Shown piece after piece: positions 17,774-26,687 of a DNA stretch of 64,000 nucleotides. The translations under genes were made by a program, and so were the position numbers. The stretch's first letter is position 1. Every line of letters begins with the position of its first letter. Source of the DNA: a virus (lineage: Duplodnaviria > Heunggongvirae > Uroviricota > Caudoviricetes); IMG/VR virus record IMGVR_UViG_3300031994_000001, positions 279,799 through 343,798 of that record; one strand, given 5' to 3'. The notes beneath the pieces are model-generated. The model saw only the letters and a program-made list of their open reading frames with translations. It made no database searches and was not told where the DNA came from.

Positions 17774-19198
17774 ATGAGTTACTTATTCACTTCGGAATCC
17801 GTATCAGAAGGGCATCCCGACAAAATGTGCGACCAAATATCGGACGCTTTATTGGATGCTTATCTAACCCAAGACCCCGATTCAAGGGTCGCTTGCGAAA
17901 CGCTCGTCACACGCGGTCTTGTTGTGTGCGCGGGAGAAGTAAGCAACAATGAACTCGAACCCATACACATTGACGATATAGTCAGAAACACCATTGCTGA
18001 AATCGGCTACACGAAAAGCGAGTATGAGTTCGACAGCAAATCCTGCGGCGTAATCACAGCAATACACCAACAGTCTCCCGACATCGCACGCGGTGTCGTT
18101 GGACGCATATGCACCGAATTGCAAGGCGCAGGAGACCAAGGCATTATGTTCGGATATGCTTGCAATGAGACGGAAAACTATATGCCTATCACGTTGGAAC
18201 TCGCCAATATGCTTATGCGTGAATTGGCTGCAATCCGAAAGGAAGGCAAGGAAATGACCTACCTGCGACCCGATTCAAAAGCGCAGGTGACAGTAATGTA
18301 TTCCGATGACGGAAAGCCGCTGTGTATAAACACCATTGTTCTGTCAACGCAGCACGACCCATTCAGCGATGGTGACAACGCTATGCAGGAACAAATTGAG
18401 AACGATGTACGCGAAATACTGATACCGAGAGTTGTCAGCAAACTCCCCGAAAAGTCACAGAAACTGTTTGACGAAGATTTCAAACTGTTAGTGAATCCAA
18501 CGGGGAGGTTTGTCCTTGGCGGGCCGAGCGGGGACACGGGACTCACGGGTCGCAAGATAATCGTTGACACCTACGGCGGACACGGTGCGCACGGGGGCGG
18601 CGCGTTCAGCGGAAAAGACCCGTCAAAGGTTGACCGTTCCGCAGCATACGCGGCACGCTATATCGCCAAGAATATCGTTGCGGCAGGACTGTGTGACCGC
18701 TGCCTTGTGCAAATTGCATACGCAATTGGATGTACGTACCCAGTCGGTTTCTATATCAACACATTCGGCACTCTGAAATTTAAAATGAGTGACGGAGAGT
18801 TCGCCAAAAGAATACGGGAATTGGTACATTTGAGACCATATGACATCATTGAGAAATTCCAACTCAAAAACCCGATTTACAAAGCGACTGCCACATACGG
18901 ACACTTCGGCAGGACACCGTATAAAAAAACCGTTGAGGTTCACTATCGTGACAAGTTCACATACAAAGACCCGAAAAGCGGAAAGTATGTCAAGGAAATA
19001 ACGTTCTTCCCGTGGGAGGAACTTGACCTAATCCCCGAACTGCAAAAGGTGTTCTGCTGTGACAACTGCGAAAAGTTCAAAGTTGTAGTTCCAGACAGTG
19101 CAAAGGATATACATATACGCCACTGCTCCGAACTGCGAATCAATCTATGTGAAAGGACAAAACCCTGCAAATACTTCAAGATAAAAGATGTGTTTTAA
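17774..19198 (+). CDS. metK: S-adenosylmethionine synthetase with a Cys-rich C-terminal extension
   Basis: FTSESVSEGHPDK, GAGDQG, GRKIIVDTYGG and GGGAFSGKDPSKVDRS motifs. Confidence 0.97.
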   Translation: MSYLFTSESVSEGHPDKMCDQISDALLDAYLTQDPDSRVACETLVTRGLVVCAGEVSNNELEPIHIDDIVRNTIAEIGYTKSEYEFDSKSCGVITAIHQQSPDIARGVVGRICTELQGAGDQGIMFGYACNETENYMPITLELANMLMRELAAIRKEGKEMTYLRPDSKAQVTVMYSDDGKPLCINTIVLSTQHDPFSDGDNAMQEQIENDVREILIPRVVSKLPEKSQKLFDEDFKLLVNPTGRFVLGGPSGDTGLTGRKIIVDTYGGHGAHGGGAFSGKDPSKVDRSAAYAARYIAKNIVAAGLCDRCLVQIAYAIGCTYPVGFYINTFGTLKFKMSDGEFAKRIRELVHLRPYDIIEKFQLKNPIYKATATYGHFGRTPYKKTVEVHYRDKFTYKDPKSGKYVKEITFFPWEELDLIPELQKVFCCDNCEKFKVVVPDSAKDIHIRHCSELRINLCERTKPCKYFKIKDVF

Positions 19199-19227
19199 CG
19201 CATCGATTGTTTTTCCATAATAATGCG

Positions 19228-19255
19228 AAAGCCGTGCCAAAAGCACGGCTTTTTT
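19228..19255 (+). terminator. Intrinsic terminator after metK
   Basis: aaagccgtgc-caaaa-gcacggcttt followed by a T tract. Confidence 0.8.
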
Positions 19256-19330
19256 AGTCTCATATATAAGTTATACATAACAAAAGCAAAGGGAGCGTTA
19301 AAAAACGCCCCCTTTGCACTACGTTCAACT

Positions 19331-20521
19331 TTACCAAAGGTTGTGTTCAACCTCGTTCATATTTTCCTCCGTATTCGGTCTTATACCCGCGTTAGGTCGG
19401 AGATGCCTCATACCCAACCTTGAATCCACATCGGCAAGTTCAATAGCCTCATCGGAGTTCTCTCGGTATATTCTGAATGCGTCCTTTATGCGCATTTTCT
19501 TGTACTCAATATCCATTTCCATTTTCGTATTCTTGCCTTCGCCGTCCCTTATCTTCAGAATCTTCAACAGATATTTGTCGTTGGTACGCATATCGGAGTT
19601 CTGTATGATACCGAACATTGTGTCGCAGGTGTGCAGCAAGCCCGAAGATTCGGCAATATTGCCTATTGTTATGTCATCGCTGTCAAACGCGCCTCTGTTG
19701 GTCTGTGTGGCTGTCACGATAAGGCATTCCTGCCGCACGGCGATTGCACGCAAATCCTCTGAAATCTGCTTTATCTTGTTATACAAATCCTCGGAGTTGA
19801 GATTTCGGTAGTTCGCCATAATATTGATATAGTCAATCACCACCACGTCAACCTTGAACCCAAGGACTTCTTGGATTGTCTTGATATAGTTTTCAACATC
19901 AATGGTCGTACAGCAGGAAGTAGGGTATTCCTTGATAAACAGCCTGCCCATAGGGATATGCTGATTCCTGCGAGCCTCCGCCAACCGCTCGCCTATGAAA
20001 TTGGCATCCTTTGAAAGTTTGTCGTATTCGTCAATGCTTATGTCAAGCAGGTTAGCACCCATACGCTTGATTACCTTCTTGGCACTCATCTCGCAAGTTA
20101 TGAACAGCACGTTCTTTCCGTTCCTAACGAAGTTCACAGCATCATTACAAAGGAATATACTGTTGTGGCAGAGGAATCCGTTTACATAGTATCTGTGTTC
20201 GTCAGTACCGACTTCAATGTCATACATATTTTCGCATTCACCCGTCTGTTCAACATCAACAACAAGTTCAACACCGTCCTCCGTCTGTATATGGTCGGGG
20301 CGACTGTCTTTGTTGAGGTCTTTGGCAAACACCTCATCGTATTCAGTATCGAAGAAAATATGCGTGTCAGCGCAGCGTATGCTCTTGCCTCTGTCGGTCT
20401 TTACATTGTAAACATCGTATGGTACTGTCTTTCCTATCGCTTTGATTGGAGCATATCCTTTGTCAGTAAGCACTTCCCAATCCTCAAGGTCAAAAACTTT
20501 TTCAAATTTCTTTTCATTCAT
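19331..20521 (-). CDS. gp41: C-terminal half of the gp41/DnaB replicative helicase preceded by a split-intein C fragment
   Basis: IntC ends CHN/S; then VLFITCEMS, IKEYPT, VVVIDYINIM, TATQTNR and AESSGL; Walker A GK and the N-terminal domain are absent. Confidence 0.9.
   Translation of the reverse strand: MNEKKFEKVFDLEDWEVLTDKGYAPIKAIGKTVPYDVYNVKTDRGKSIRCADTHIFFDTEYDEVFAKDLNKDSRPDHIQTEDGVELVVDVEQTGECENMYDIEVGTDEHRYYVNGFLCHNSIFLCNDAVNFVRNGKNVLFITCEMSAKKVIKRMGANLLDISIDEYDKLSKDANFIGERLAEARRNQHIPMGRLFIKEYPTSCCTTIDVENYIKTIQEVLGFKVDVVVIDYINIMANYRNLNSEDLYNKIKQISEDLRAIAVRQECLIVTATQTNRGAFDSDDITIGNIAESSGLLHTCDTMFGIIQNSDMRTNDKYLLKILKIRDGEGKNTKMEMDIEYKKMRIKDAFRIYRENSDEAIELADVDSRLGMRHLRPNAGIRPNTEENMNEVEHNLW
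20162..20521 (-). mobile_element. Atypically split intein, large C fragment (about 120 aa)
   Basis: Block B-like CADTH, block F MYDIEV, block G YYVNGFLCHN and +1 Ser; no block A and no homing endonuclease. Confidence 0.85.
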
Positions 20522-20581
20522 ATTAGTCGTATTGCTATTGTGATAGTTCATTTTTATAAATATAATAAATTTTGGAAAAAA

Positions 20582-20701
20582 ATGTTTGCCGAAGACGAAT
20601 ATGGTGAATGCAGCGAGTGCGAGTGCGGCGGTTGCCCGTACTATCCGAACTGCGATGGTTGCCCCGTAAGAACGGCAAGCGATTCAGATTCAAACAACTA
20701 A
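20582..20701 (+). CDS. 39-aa Cys-rich peptide
   Basis: MFAEDEYGECSECECGGCPYYPNCDGCPVRTASDSDSNN; TATAAATA at 20555-20562. Confidence 0.55.
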   Translation: MFAEDEYGECSECECGGCPYYPNCDGCPVRTASDSDSNN

Positions 20702-20712
20702 AACCGAACAAT

Positions 20713-21279
20713 ATGTCAAAAAAACTGAAAGCGTACAAACTGAAAGACACCCTTCCGTACAACTTGAAAAACGAGAAGGCTTTAAGTAACTATGTATCAG
20801 AACTTGCAGACAATATGTCTGCGTGCAAGGACAAATTCATAGCCCTTGCCATATCAGTACCGAATGACATCTGCCCCAAAACAACAAACGACCCGATTTC
20901 CTATGTCGCTAATATGGCAGACACATACCTCAACAATTTCAACTCGAACATAGACTGCTATTCCCAATGTGTCATAATCAACGAATGCACTACACGGGAA
21001 TACACACCCACAAACATTGAATTTGTCGTATCAAGCGAAATCGAAACATACAAAGAGGCTGAAAAGGCATTGGCTGAACTTGTTATGCGTGAAAGCGACA
21101 CGATAAACAAACTGAAGGCTCTGTTCTATGCCACGCCCAACACCATAGTCGGCGGCAACATAAGCCCGTTTGAATACGTCATAGGAAAAACGGCAGAATA
21201 TTTTGACGAACTGCTTGACATCCACGAGCAGATAACCTCCATATCGCTTCTTGTTGACAACCTATGCCTGCAAGAATAA
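20713..21279 (+). CDS. Hypothetical protein with an internal duplication
   Basis: Two similar segments: KFIALAISVPN..PISYV and KLKALFYATPN..PFEYV. Confidence 0.6.
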   Translation: MSKKLKAYKLKDTLPYNLKNEKALSNYVSELADNMSACKDKFIALAISVPNDICPKTTNDPISYVANMADTYLNNFNSNIDCYSQCVIINECTTREYTPTNIEFVVSSEIETYKEAEKALAELVMRESDTINKLKALFYATPNTIVGGNISPFEYVIGKTAEYFDELLDIHEQITSISLLVDNLCLQE

Positions 21280-21318
21280 AAGAGAATAAAGGAGAATAAA
21301 GAAGAATAAAAGACAACA

Positions 21319-21861
21319 ATGAAAATCCTATCATTCGATGAGTTCAAGTCAATAAACGAATCAATCACCCTCAAAGCAATAGAAGAGGGTATGGTTGTCG
21401 TGTACTCCAAGAACGGCAAGGAGACCAACTACCAATATTGGATTTGCCTCACGGACAAAGAAAACATAAAGAAATATGTGGATTCCTTGAAATGGAACAA
21501 CGACATAACCGATGCCGACAGAAAGAGAATGAAAGGTATGTCGAAAATACTCGTTGCCCACTACAACGGAAGTTGCGACTACATAGAAATTGATGATGTT
21601 CTCATAAACAACATATCCTACATCTACAATCCGAAACTCAAACCGAAGGATATGCTTGACAAAAACACGCTCAAAGACCTGCGTGACGAATGTTCGGACA
21701 AGAATCTTGTTTACTCGAAAGACGTTGACTTGAAGAATATGGTGTTGAGCAAACCCGATGTTCCGTTTATGAACTACGGTCTGCGGCTAAACGACTATAT
21801 GGGCGTTTCAAGAGGCGAGATGACCTACGACTTGGGCGGCGTTTACGGAGTAAGATATTAA
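21319..21861 (+). CDS. Hypothetical protein with a capsid-targeting-like leader
   Basis: N-terminus MKILSFDEFKSINE/S. Confidence 0.7.
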   Translation: MKILSFDEFKSINESITLKAIEEGMVVVYSKNGKETNYQYWICLTDKENIKKYVDSLKWNNDITDADRKRMKGMSKILVAHYNGSCDYIEIDDVLINNISYIYNPKLKPKDMLDKNTLKDLRDECSDKNLVYSKDVDLKNMVLSKPDVPFMNYGLRLNDYMGVSRGEMTYDLGGVYGVRY

Positions 21862-21919
21862 ATGTTATTCATTTGATTCAACCTTGAAATAGCATAAACT
21901 AACCAAAGAAAACAAAATA

Positions 21920-21946
21920 AAAAGGCTCAATGATTTGAGCCTTTTT
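21920..21946. terminator. Bidirectional terminator
   Basis: aaaaggctcaa-tgat-ttgagcctttt with flanking A and T tracts. Confidence 0.8.
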
Positions 21947-21959
21947 TGTTGTTTGCTGA

Positions 21960-22211
21960 TTACGGGCGAAGCACAGTCAAACTTCCGTCAACACCAACCT
22001 CTTCAAGTCGAAGATTCGGATATTTCGTGCCGTCAATGTCTTTGCTGTGGTATTCATCATAGATAAGTTTCGCTTGATTGACGGTTTCCCTTGATATGCT
22101 GACCCTGCCTTCGCCATCATCATAAGAGACTTGGTAATAAACTCTGTTGCTCCAAAAACCGTCACTTCTTTTTACGGTTTCCATTTCGTCAATTTTCATT
22201 ATGTGTGTCAT
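21960..22211 (-). CDS. Small hypothetical protein; leader nearly identical to that of the 23286 gene
   Basis: N-terminus MTHIMKIDEME. Confidence 0.65.
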   Translation of the reverse strand: MTHIMKIDEMETVKRSDGFWSNRVYYQVSYDDGEGRVSISRETVNQAKLIYDEYHSKDIDGTKYPNLRLEEVGVDGSLTVLRP

Positions 22212-22229
22212 ATACAATACAATATTTTC

Positions 22230-22727
22230 TTATTTGACTTCACCCTTGAAGTCCTCCCATTTCAAATCGGAAGGCTTGAACACGTCCTGCCCGTATTTGA
22301 TTATCTTGTTTCCGTTCTCACCGATTGAGATGACATTCAAAGACATTTTGGAACTCTTGTCCTTATTAGCCTTGAATATACTCTCAAAAAACGGAGCAGC
22401 CTTTTCTTTTAAGTCATAATTGTTGAACGGAGTAACTGACTTATACTCGAAGCGAAGATTCAGATAATCGGATGCTTTCTCGTCATATACAAATGGCTCA
22501 AAATTGTCAAGGGCTGTTTTTGTAAGACTTTTAAGATAGTTCTCAATATCCTTTCCGAGTTTTTTTGTCAGATTCTCGGCGGATTTGTAATCGCCGTTAA
22601 GTTTGAACTTCATATAATCGGATTCAAGCCCAGGGCTGATAAAGATGTTCATAACAGTCTTTATGCTTTTGTCAAGTGCCTCGTTCACGGGATTGCCTTC
22701 AAACTCGTTAAATTTCAAAATGTTCAT
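22230..22727 (-). CDS. Hypothetical protein with a capsid-targeting-like leader
   Basis: MNILKFNEFEGNPVNE/A; late promoter at 22742-22749 supports this start. Confidence 0.7.
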   Translation of the reverse strand: MNILKFNEFEGNPVNEALDKSIKTVMNIFISPGLESDYMKFKLNGDYKSAENLTKKLGKDIENYLKSLTKTALDNFEPFVYDEKASDYLNLRFEYKSVTPFNNYDLKEKAAPFFESIFKANKDKSSKMSLNVISIGENGNKIIKYGQDVFKPSDLKWEDFKGEVK

Positions 22728-22752
22728 AACAGTTATTTTATTATTTATACGG

Positions 22753-23286
22753 TTAGTCGTTATTCTCACCATTGAAAAAGGCGAATACCTCTTGTATCTG
22801 CTCATCACCCCAATTCTTTATGAATCCCTTTGAATCAATAGTAATGGCAAAATAATCACCATATCCGTTTTCGTCAATCTGAAGGAATTTAGGAACATAC
22901 TCGTACTTTTTAGTTTCAACAACCTTGTTACCTTTCAAAAGTGAATATACACCGCTGTCAACAACCTTGAAGTAAATCTCAACGGGTCTGTCATCCCAAC
23001 CCTTTATACATCCTTGTTTAATATCCAAGTCCCAAACAATTTCGGAATCACCGCCTTTGAACACGTCAACCGTCTTGCCAAATATGTATTCATTGGTCTC
23101 AAAAAGCGATTGTGATTCCTCACCTTCAAACTTGCACATATACGAACCCGAAGAAATTTCTATACGAACAGTGTCTCCGCTTTTGTCGCGCATATTCATT
23201 TGTTCAAGTCGTTCCTTTGTAACGGGCTGTATGTTAAGTCTCTCGTTACATTCTTCCATTTCGTCAATTCTCTTAATGTGTGTCAT
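22753..23286 (-). CDS. Hypothetical protein with the two-part leader
   Basis: N-terminus MTHIKRIDEMEECNERLNIQPVTKERL. Confidence 0.75.
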   Translation of the reverse strand: MTHIKRIDEMEECNERLNIQPVTKERLEQMNMRDKSGDTVRIEISSGSYMCKFEGEESQSLFETNEYIFGKTVDVFKGGDSEIVWDLDIKQGCIKGWDDRPVEIYFKVVDSGVYSLLKGNKVVETKKYEYVPKFLQIDENGYGDYFAITIDSKGFIKNWGDEQIQEVFAFFNGENND

Positions 23287-23288
23287 AA

Positions 23289-24905
23289 TTATAATATTGT
23301 GTTTTTCGTTATCGTTATAATCGTTCCGTCATTGAGTTTTATTGTGTCACCCACATTGGCGAGATAATCAATAACTATCGTTCTGCCGTCAGCGAGTTTG
23401 AGTGTTGTATTACCCGTGTCAATGTCGTATTCAGTACCGCTGTCAATATCGTATTCAGTACCCCAATCAATATCGCTTTCTTCCGCGTCTTTCATAAATT
23501 CGGCGATAAGTTCGTCATCGTCATAGCCCGAATCTTCAACTATATCCTCTTCTTTTAGATAATAGTAGTGTTTGCCCGAACTGTCCGTATATGAACCTCC
23601 GTTCTTTTCATAGCCGCCAACCCAATAACTTTTCTTTGTCTGACCATCCTCAACGTATGTCCTGCCGTAACCTTTCCTGCAATAACACTTATATCCTTTG
23701 ACCTTGACCTCATAATTAACATAGTCAACGTCAAGGTCGGCATACATATAGCCCGCAAGTTTGGTCTCGCCCTCGGTTTTCGGCTTGATATGTTCGAGAT
23801 ACCATTTCTGCCGTCTGCGCAAACTCTTGACCGCTTTCTTGAACTGTTTGTCGGCTTCGCCTTTCTGCGCCTCGAATTTGTCAACCATATTCTTAAACGC
23901 GGAAATGAGGTCTTTTATTGAAAATCCGATTGCTGTCGCTATGGCGATTATCTCCTTTATGTAATTGGCGATTTTCATAATATCGCTCATCACCTTTTTG
24001 AAATCCTCCATAAACACCGTCACCTTGTAGCCTGGGTTCGGTATCCCCGCAGCAGCACCCGTGACTATGACATCGGGATTCGGTATCTTCGCCACCAAGG
24101 TAGCCATATCAACAACAAGTTCCTTGAAAGATTCGGTAAAGTTGTCAAACACTCTGTCTATCTTATCACATTCAGCCTCAACAAACTTGTCACCCTCACC
24201 CGTTGTGAAATAATCCTTGACCGCCTGCCAAGCGTCCTTTACCATCTTAACGGTATCTTTGAACAACTTGACTGTATCGTCAACGAATTTGCGCAATTTG
24301 GCGACTTCCTTATTCACATAATCCGTGTATTGCTTAACCAAACCAAGTTTCTGCGCTTCCATCATAACGGATTTCATTTTAGCCTTTTTAGACTCCGTTG
24401 CATCTTCCGCTTCCTTGCTGACCTTTGCCTTCATATCGGCATCAATCTTCTTGAACTTCTGTTTCACGGTATCAATGCCCGATTCTTCTTTGGCATCGGC
24501 AAGGACTGTATGGTATTCTTCTTCAAGCGAATGCTTCTCGTGTATCATTTCAGACAATTCCTCATTGTCGGAATTATAGTCAAGTTTTCCGACACGGGCT
24601 TCCGCTATCTTTGTATTGAGTTCATCTATCTGCGGTTGATATTTCTCACGAGCCTTTGTAACGAGGTCATTGTATTTTGTCAACGCCTCGGTGTATTCAT
24701 CTGTGTATAAACTGTTGCTTCCGACCTTGCCCGATTTCTCCTTCAGTTTGTACAACTCCTCGGCAAGTGCCTGCGTATCGGGCATAGGAGGCATCTCAAA
24801 ATTAGGCAACTGCGGCATCTGCGGCAGTTTCAATCCCAATTTATCAATGTATTTTACTATAAGCAAACCCTTTATCGCAGGTCTGAACGGTGTAGTTAGT
24901 GCCAT
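23289..24905 (-). CDS. Large coiled-coil protein, possibly virion-associated
   Basis: 538 aa, mostly helical; tandem GTEYDID repeat near the C-terminus. Confidence 0.6.
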   Translation of the reverse strand: MALTTPFRPAIKGLLIVKYIDKLGLKLPQMPQLPNFEMPPMPDTQALAEELYKLKEKSGKVGSNSLYTDEYTEALTKYNDLVTKAREKYQPQIDELNTKIAEARVGKLDYNSDNEELSEMIHEKHSLEEEYHTVLADAKEESGIDTVKQKFKKIDADMKAKVSKEAEDATESKKAKMKSVMMEAQKLGLVKQYTDYVNKEVAKLRKFVDDTVKLFKDTVKMVKDAWQAVKDYFTTGEGDKFVEAECDKIDRVFDNFTESFKELVVDMATLVAKIPNPDVIVTGAAAGIPNPGYKVTVFMEDFKKVMSDIMKIANYIKEIIAIATAIGFSIKDLISAFKNMVDKFEAQKGEADKQFKKAVKSLRRRQKWYLEHIKPKTEGETKLAGYMYADLDVDYVNYEVKVKGYKCYCRKGYGRTYVEDGQTKKSYWVGGYEKNGGSYTDSSGKHYYYLKEEDIVEDSGYDDDELIAEFMKDAEESDIDWGTEYDIDSGTEYDIDTGNTTLKLADGRTIVIDYLANVGDTIKLNDGTIITITKNTIL

Positions 24906-24929
24906 ATTGTGTAAAGTTTATGGATTATA

Positions 24930-26687
24930 TTACAGTTTTCCAAGTGTTTTTACTGGTCCGCTCGGTGAATTTTTCGGATTCTGTTCCAATCTACCAAGTG
25001 TCTTTGTGGGTTGTTGCGGTGCGCCTTGGTTCAATTCCAAACCGCCGAGTGTCTTGGTCGGTGCTTGGTTTCCACCCGCATTGAGTTCAACGCCCCCAAG
25101 CGTCTTTGTGGAAGAATTGCTCTTTTTCTCAACCAACTCAACACCACCGAGATTCTTCGCAGGCGTTTGATTTCCGCCTGCATTCAACTCAACGCCGCCG
25201 AGTGTCTTTGTGGAAGAATTGTCTTTCCGTTCATTCAGTTCAACGTTACCGAGAGAACCGCTGTTCGCAGGCTGCGGCGGACGCTCCCCGCGAGTTGTCG
25301 GATTCAAATCCGTGTTTCCGAGAACTTTTGTCTCGCCGCCGTTGTTGTCACCAAAACGCTCCCTTGCATAGTCGTCAATCTTTTCCATAACATATTCCTT
25401 GCCGCGTGAGATATACGGGCTTGCGAGCGCGTGGAGACCTCCGTTTGATATTGACGAAACCATATTGGCAACCATACCCGCCCAACTTTCGTCATAGACG
25501 TTTCCCATTTGTGTGCCAGAGGTGAGGTAGTTGAACACCATAGCACCCGCCTTTTTCAAGAATCCGCCTATGTTAAGCGTATCTTCGTATGCGTTACCGA
25601 ACACCTCATCCTCGGAATATGTAAATTCAGCCCCCGCATTGTCTATATAATTATCGTAATCAGCATCACTTTCACTCTTCCCGACACCGTTCAACGCACT
25701 TATGTCAAGGGTGTCGTAATATGCTCGATGAGCGTTTTCAGCGTCATATTCAAGGAAGTCGGCAAGTGAAGCGACCGATATCTGCAAGTCGGCATAGTTG
25801 AATGTGAAATCAAACTTTGTCTCGTTCACCTCATTGTTGACCGTTGTCGAAAACGATTGACCGCACTCGTCAATGTCAATGGTACAATCCTTGAAAACGA
25901 ACAGCACAGTTGACATATTGGCAACAACATCGCTGTTGGCAGCGGCGTTCATTTTTTCCTCCGTTGTCAGACCTGGGGGTATGATATTCCTCAAATCGTG
26001 CAAAAGAATGTAACAGTTGAACCTTATGAGATTATGCGGTATGTTCATTCTTCTGTACTTGTGGCTGAACACAGCGTTGTAATATGCGTCAAACAACGCG
26101 GTCATACGCAAATCCATAGATTCAAGGCAGGTAATCTTTATCTTGTTGTCTGTCGCGCCGAGAAAAGAATCCTTCTTGTTTGTATAGTATTTCTTATAGG
26201 CATCTTGCAAACCTTCAACCGTTTGGAATGTATATTGGTGAGCCTTGCAGATTTCCCAAAAGCCGTAAACGAAACTGTAAAGATTTGCGTATTCTTCGGG
26301 AAACAACATATTGGTGGCGGTGACATTGTTGTACTTTTCCGTAAATGCGTTTTTGTTCAACTTAACGTCCTCGTCAGTCATACCGCCGCCGTCCATACTT
26401 GAATCACCCTTTACGCAAGATTCAAGGTAATTCAACGCGCCATACTGTCTGTCAGTCTCAAAGTCATAGTAATTGTAACCGTCACTCTCTTTCGTGGCGA
26501 ACAAACCCGATGGTTCGGGAACAATACCGAACACGAATGCCAAATGGCTTGGGTCATCCATTCCATTGACAATCTTGTTGTATCCCTTTAATGCAGAAAC
26601 ATATCTTCCACCCAAAAGGAATTTAGACACACTTGTCTTATATGTGTTCCTTCCACTCTGACGATATTTGTTCGATTCCACTAACAT
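24930..26687 (-). CDS. Putative tail or baseplate structural protein with C-terminal 17-aa repeats
   Basis: The ITCLESMDLR..IPHNL segment resembles tube-like proteins of large myophages (weak). Confidence 0.5.
   Translation of the reverse strand: MLVESNKYRQSGRNTYKTSVSKFLLGGRYVSALKGYNKIVNGMDDPSHLAFVFGIVPEPSGLFATKESDGYNYYDFETDRQYGALNYLESCVKGDSSMDGGGMTDEDVKLNKNAFTEKYNNVTATNMLFPEEYANLYSFVYGFWEICKAHQYTFQTVEGLQDAYKKYYTNKKDSFLGATDNKIKITCLESMDLRMTALFDAYYNAVFSHKYRRMNIPHNLIRFNCYILLHDLRNIIPPGLTTEEKMNAAANSDVVANMSTVLFVFKDCTIDIDECGQSFSTTVNNEVNETKFDFTFNYADLQISVASLADFLEYDAENAHRAYYDTLDISALNGVGKSESDADYDNYIDNAGAEFTYSEDEVFGNAYEDTLNIGGFLKKAGAMVFNYLTSGTQMGNVYDESWAGMVANMVSSISNGGLHALASPYISRGKEYVMEKIDDYARERFGDNNGGETKVLGNTDLNPTTRGERPPQPANSGSLGNVELNERKDNSSTKTLGGVELNAGGNQTPAKNLGGVELVEKKSNSSTKTLGGVELNAGGNQAPTKTLGGLELNQGAPQQPTKTLGRLEQNPKNSPSGPVKTLGKL
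24933..25330 (-). repeat. About 8 degenerate 51-bp coding repeats (KTLGGVELNxxxxxxxx)
   Basis: Visible in both translation and DNA. Confidence 0.85.

Noticed and set aside
14641-19198. Bacterial chromosomal DNA or a prophage boundary
   Set aside because: The host-like genes are interleaved with phage genes and share the phage codon usage and promoter motif.
20522-20700. Group I intron or frameshift linking the helicase to an upstream exon
   Set aside because: The upstream region holds a divergent promoter and plus-strand genes; no helicase N-half or intron core is visible.
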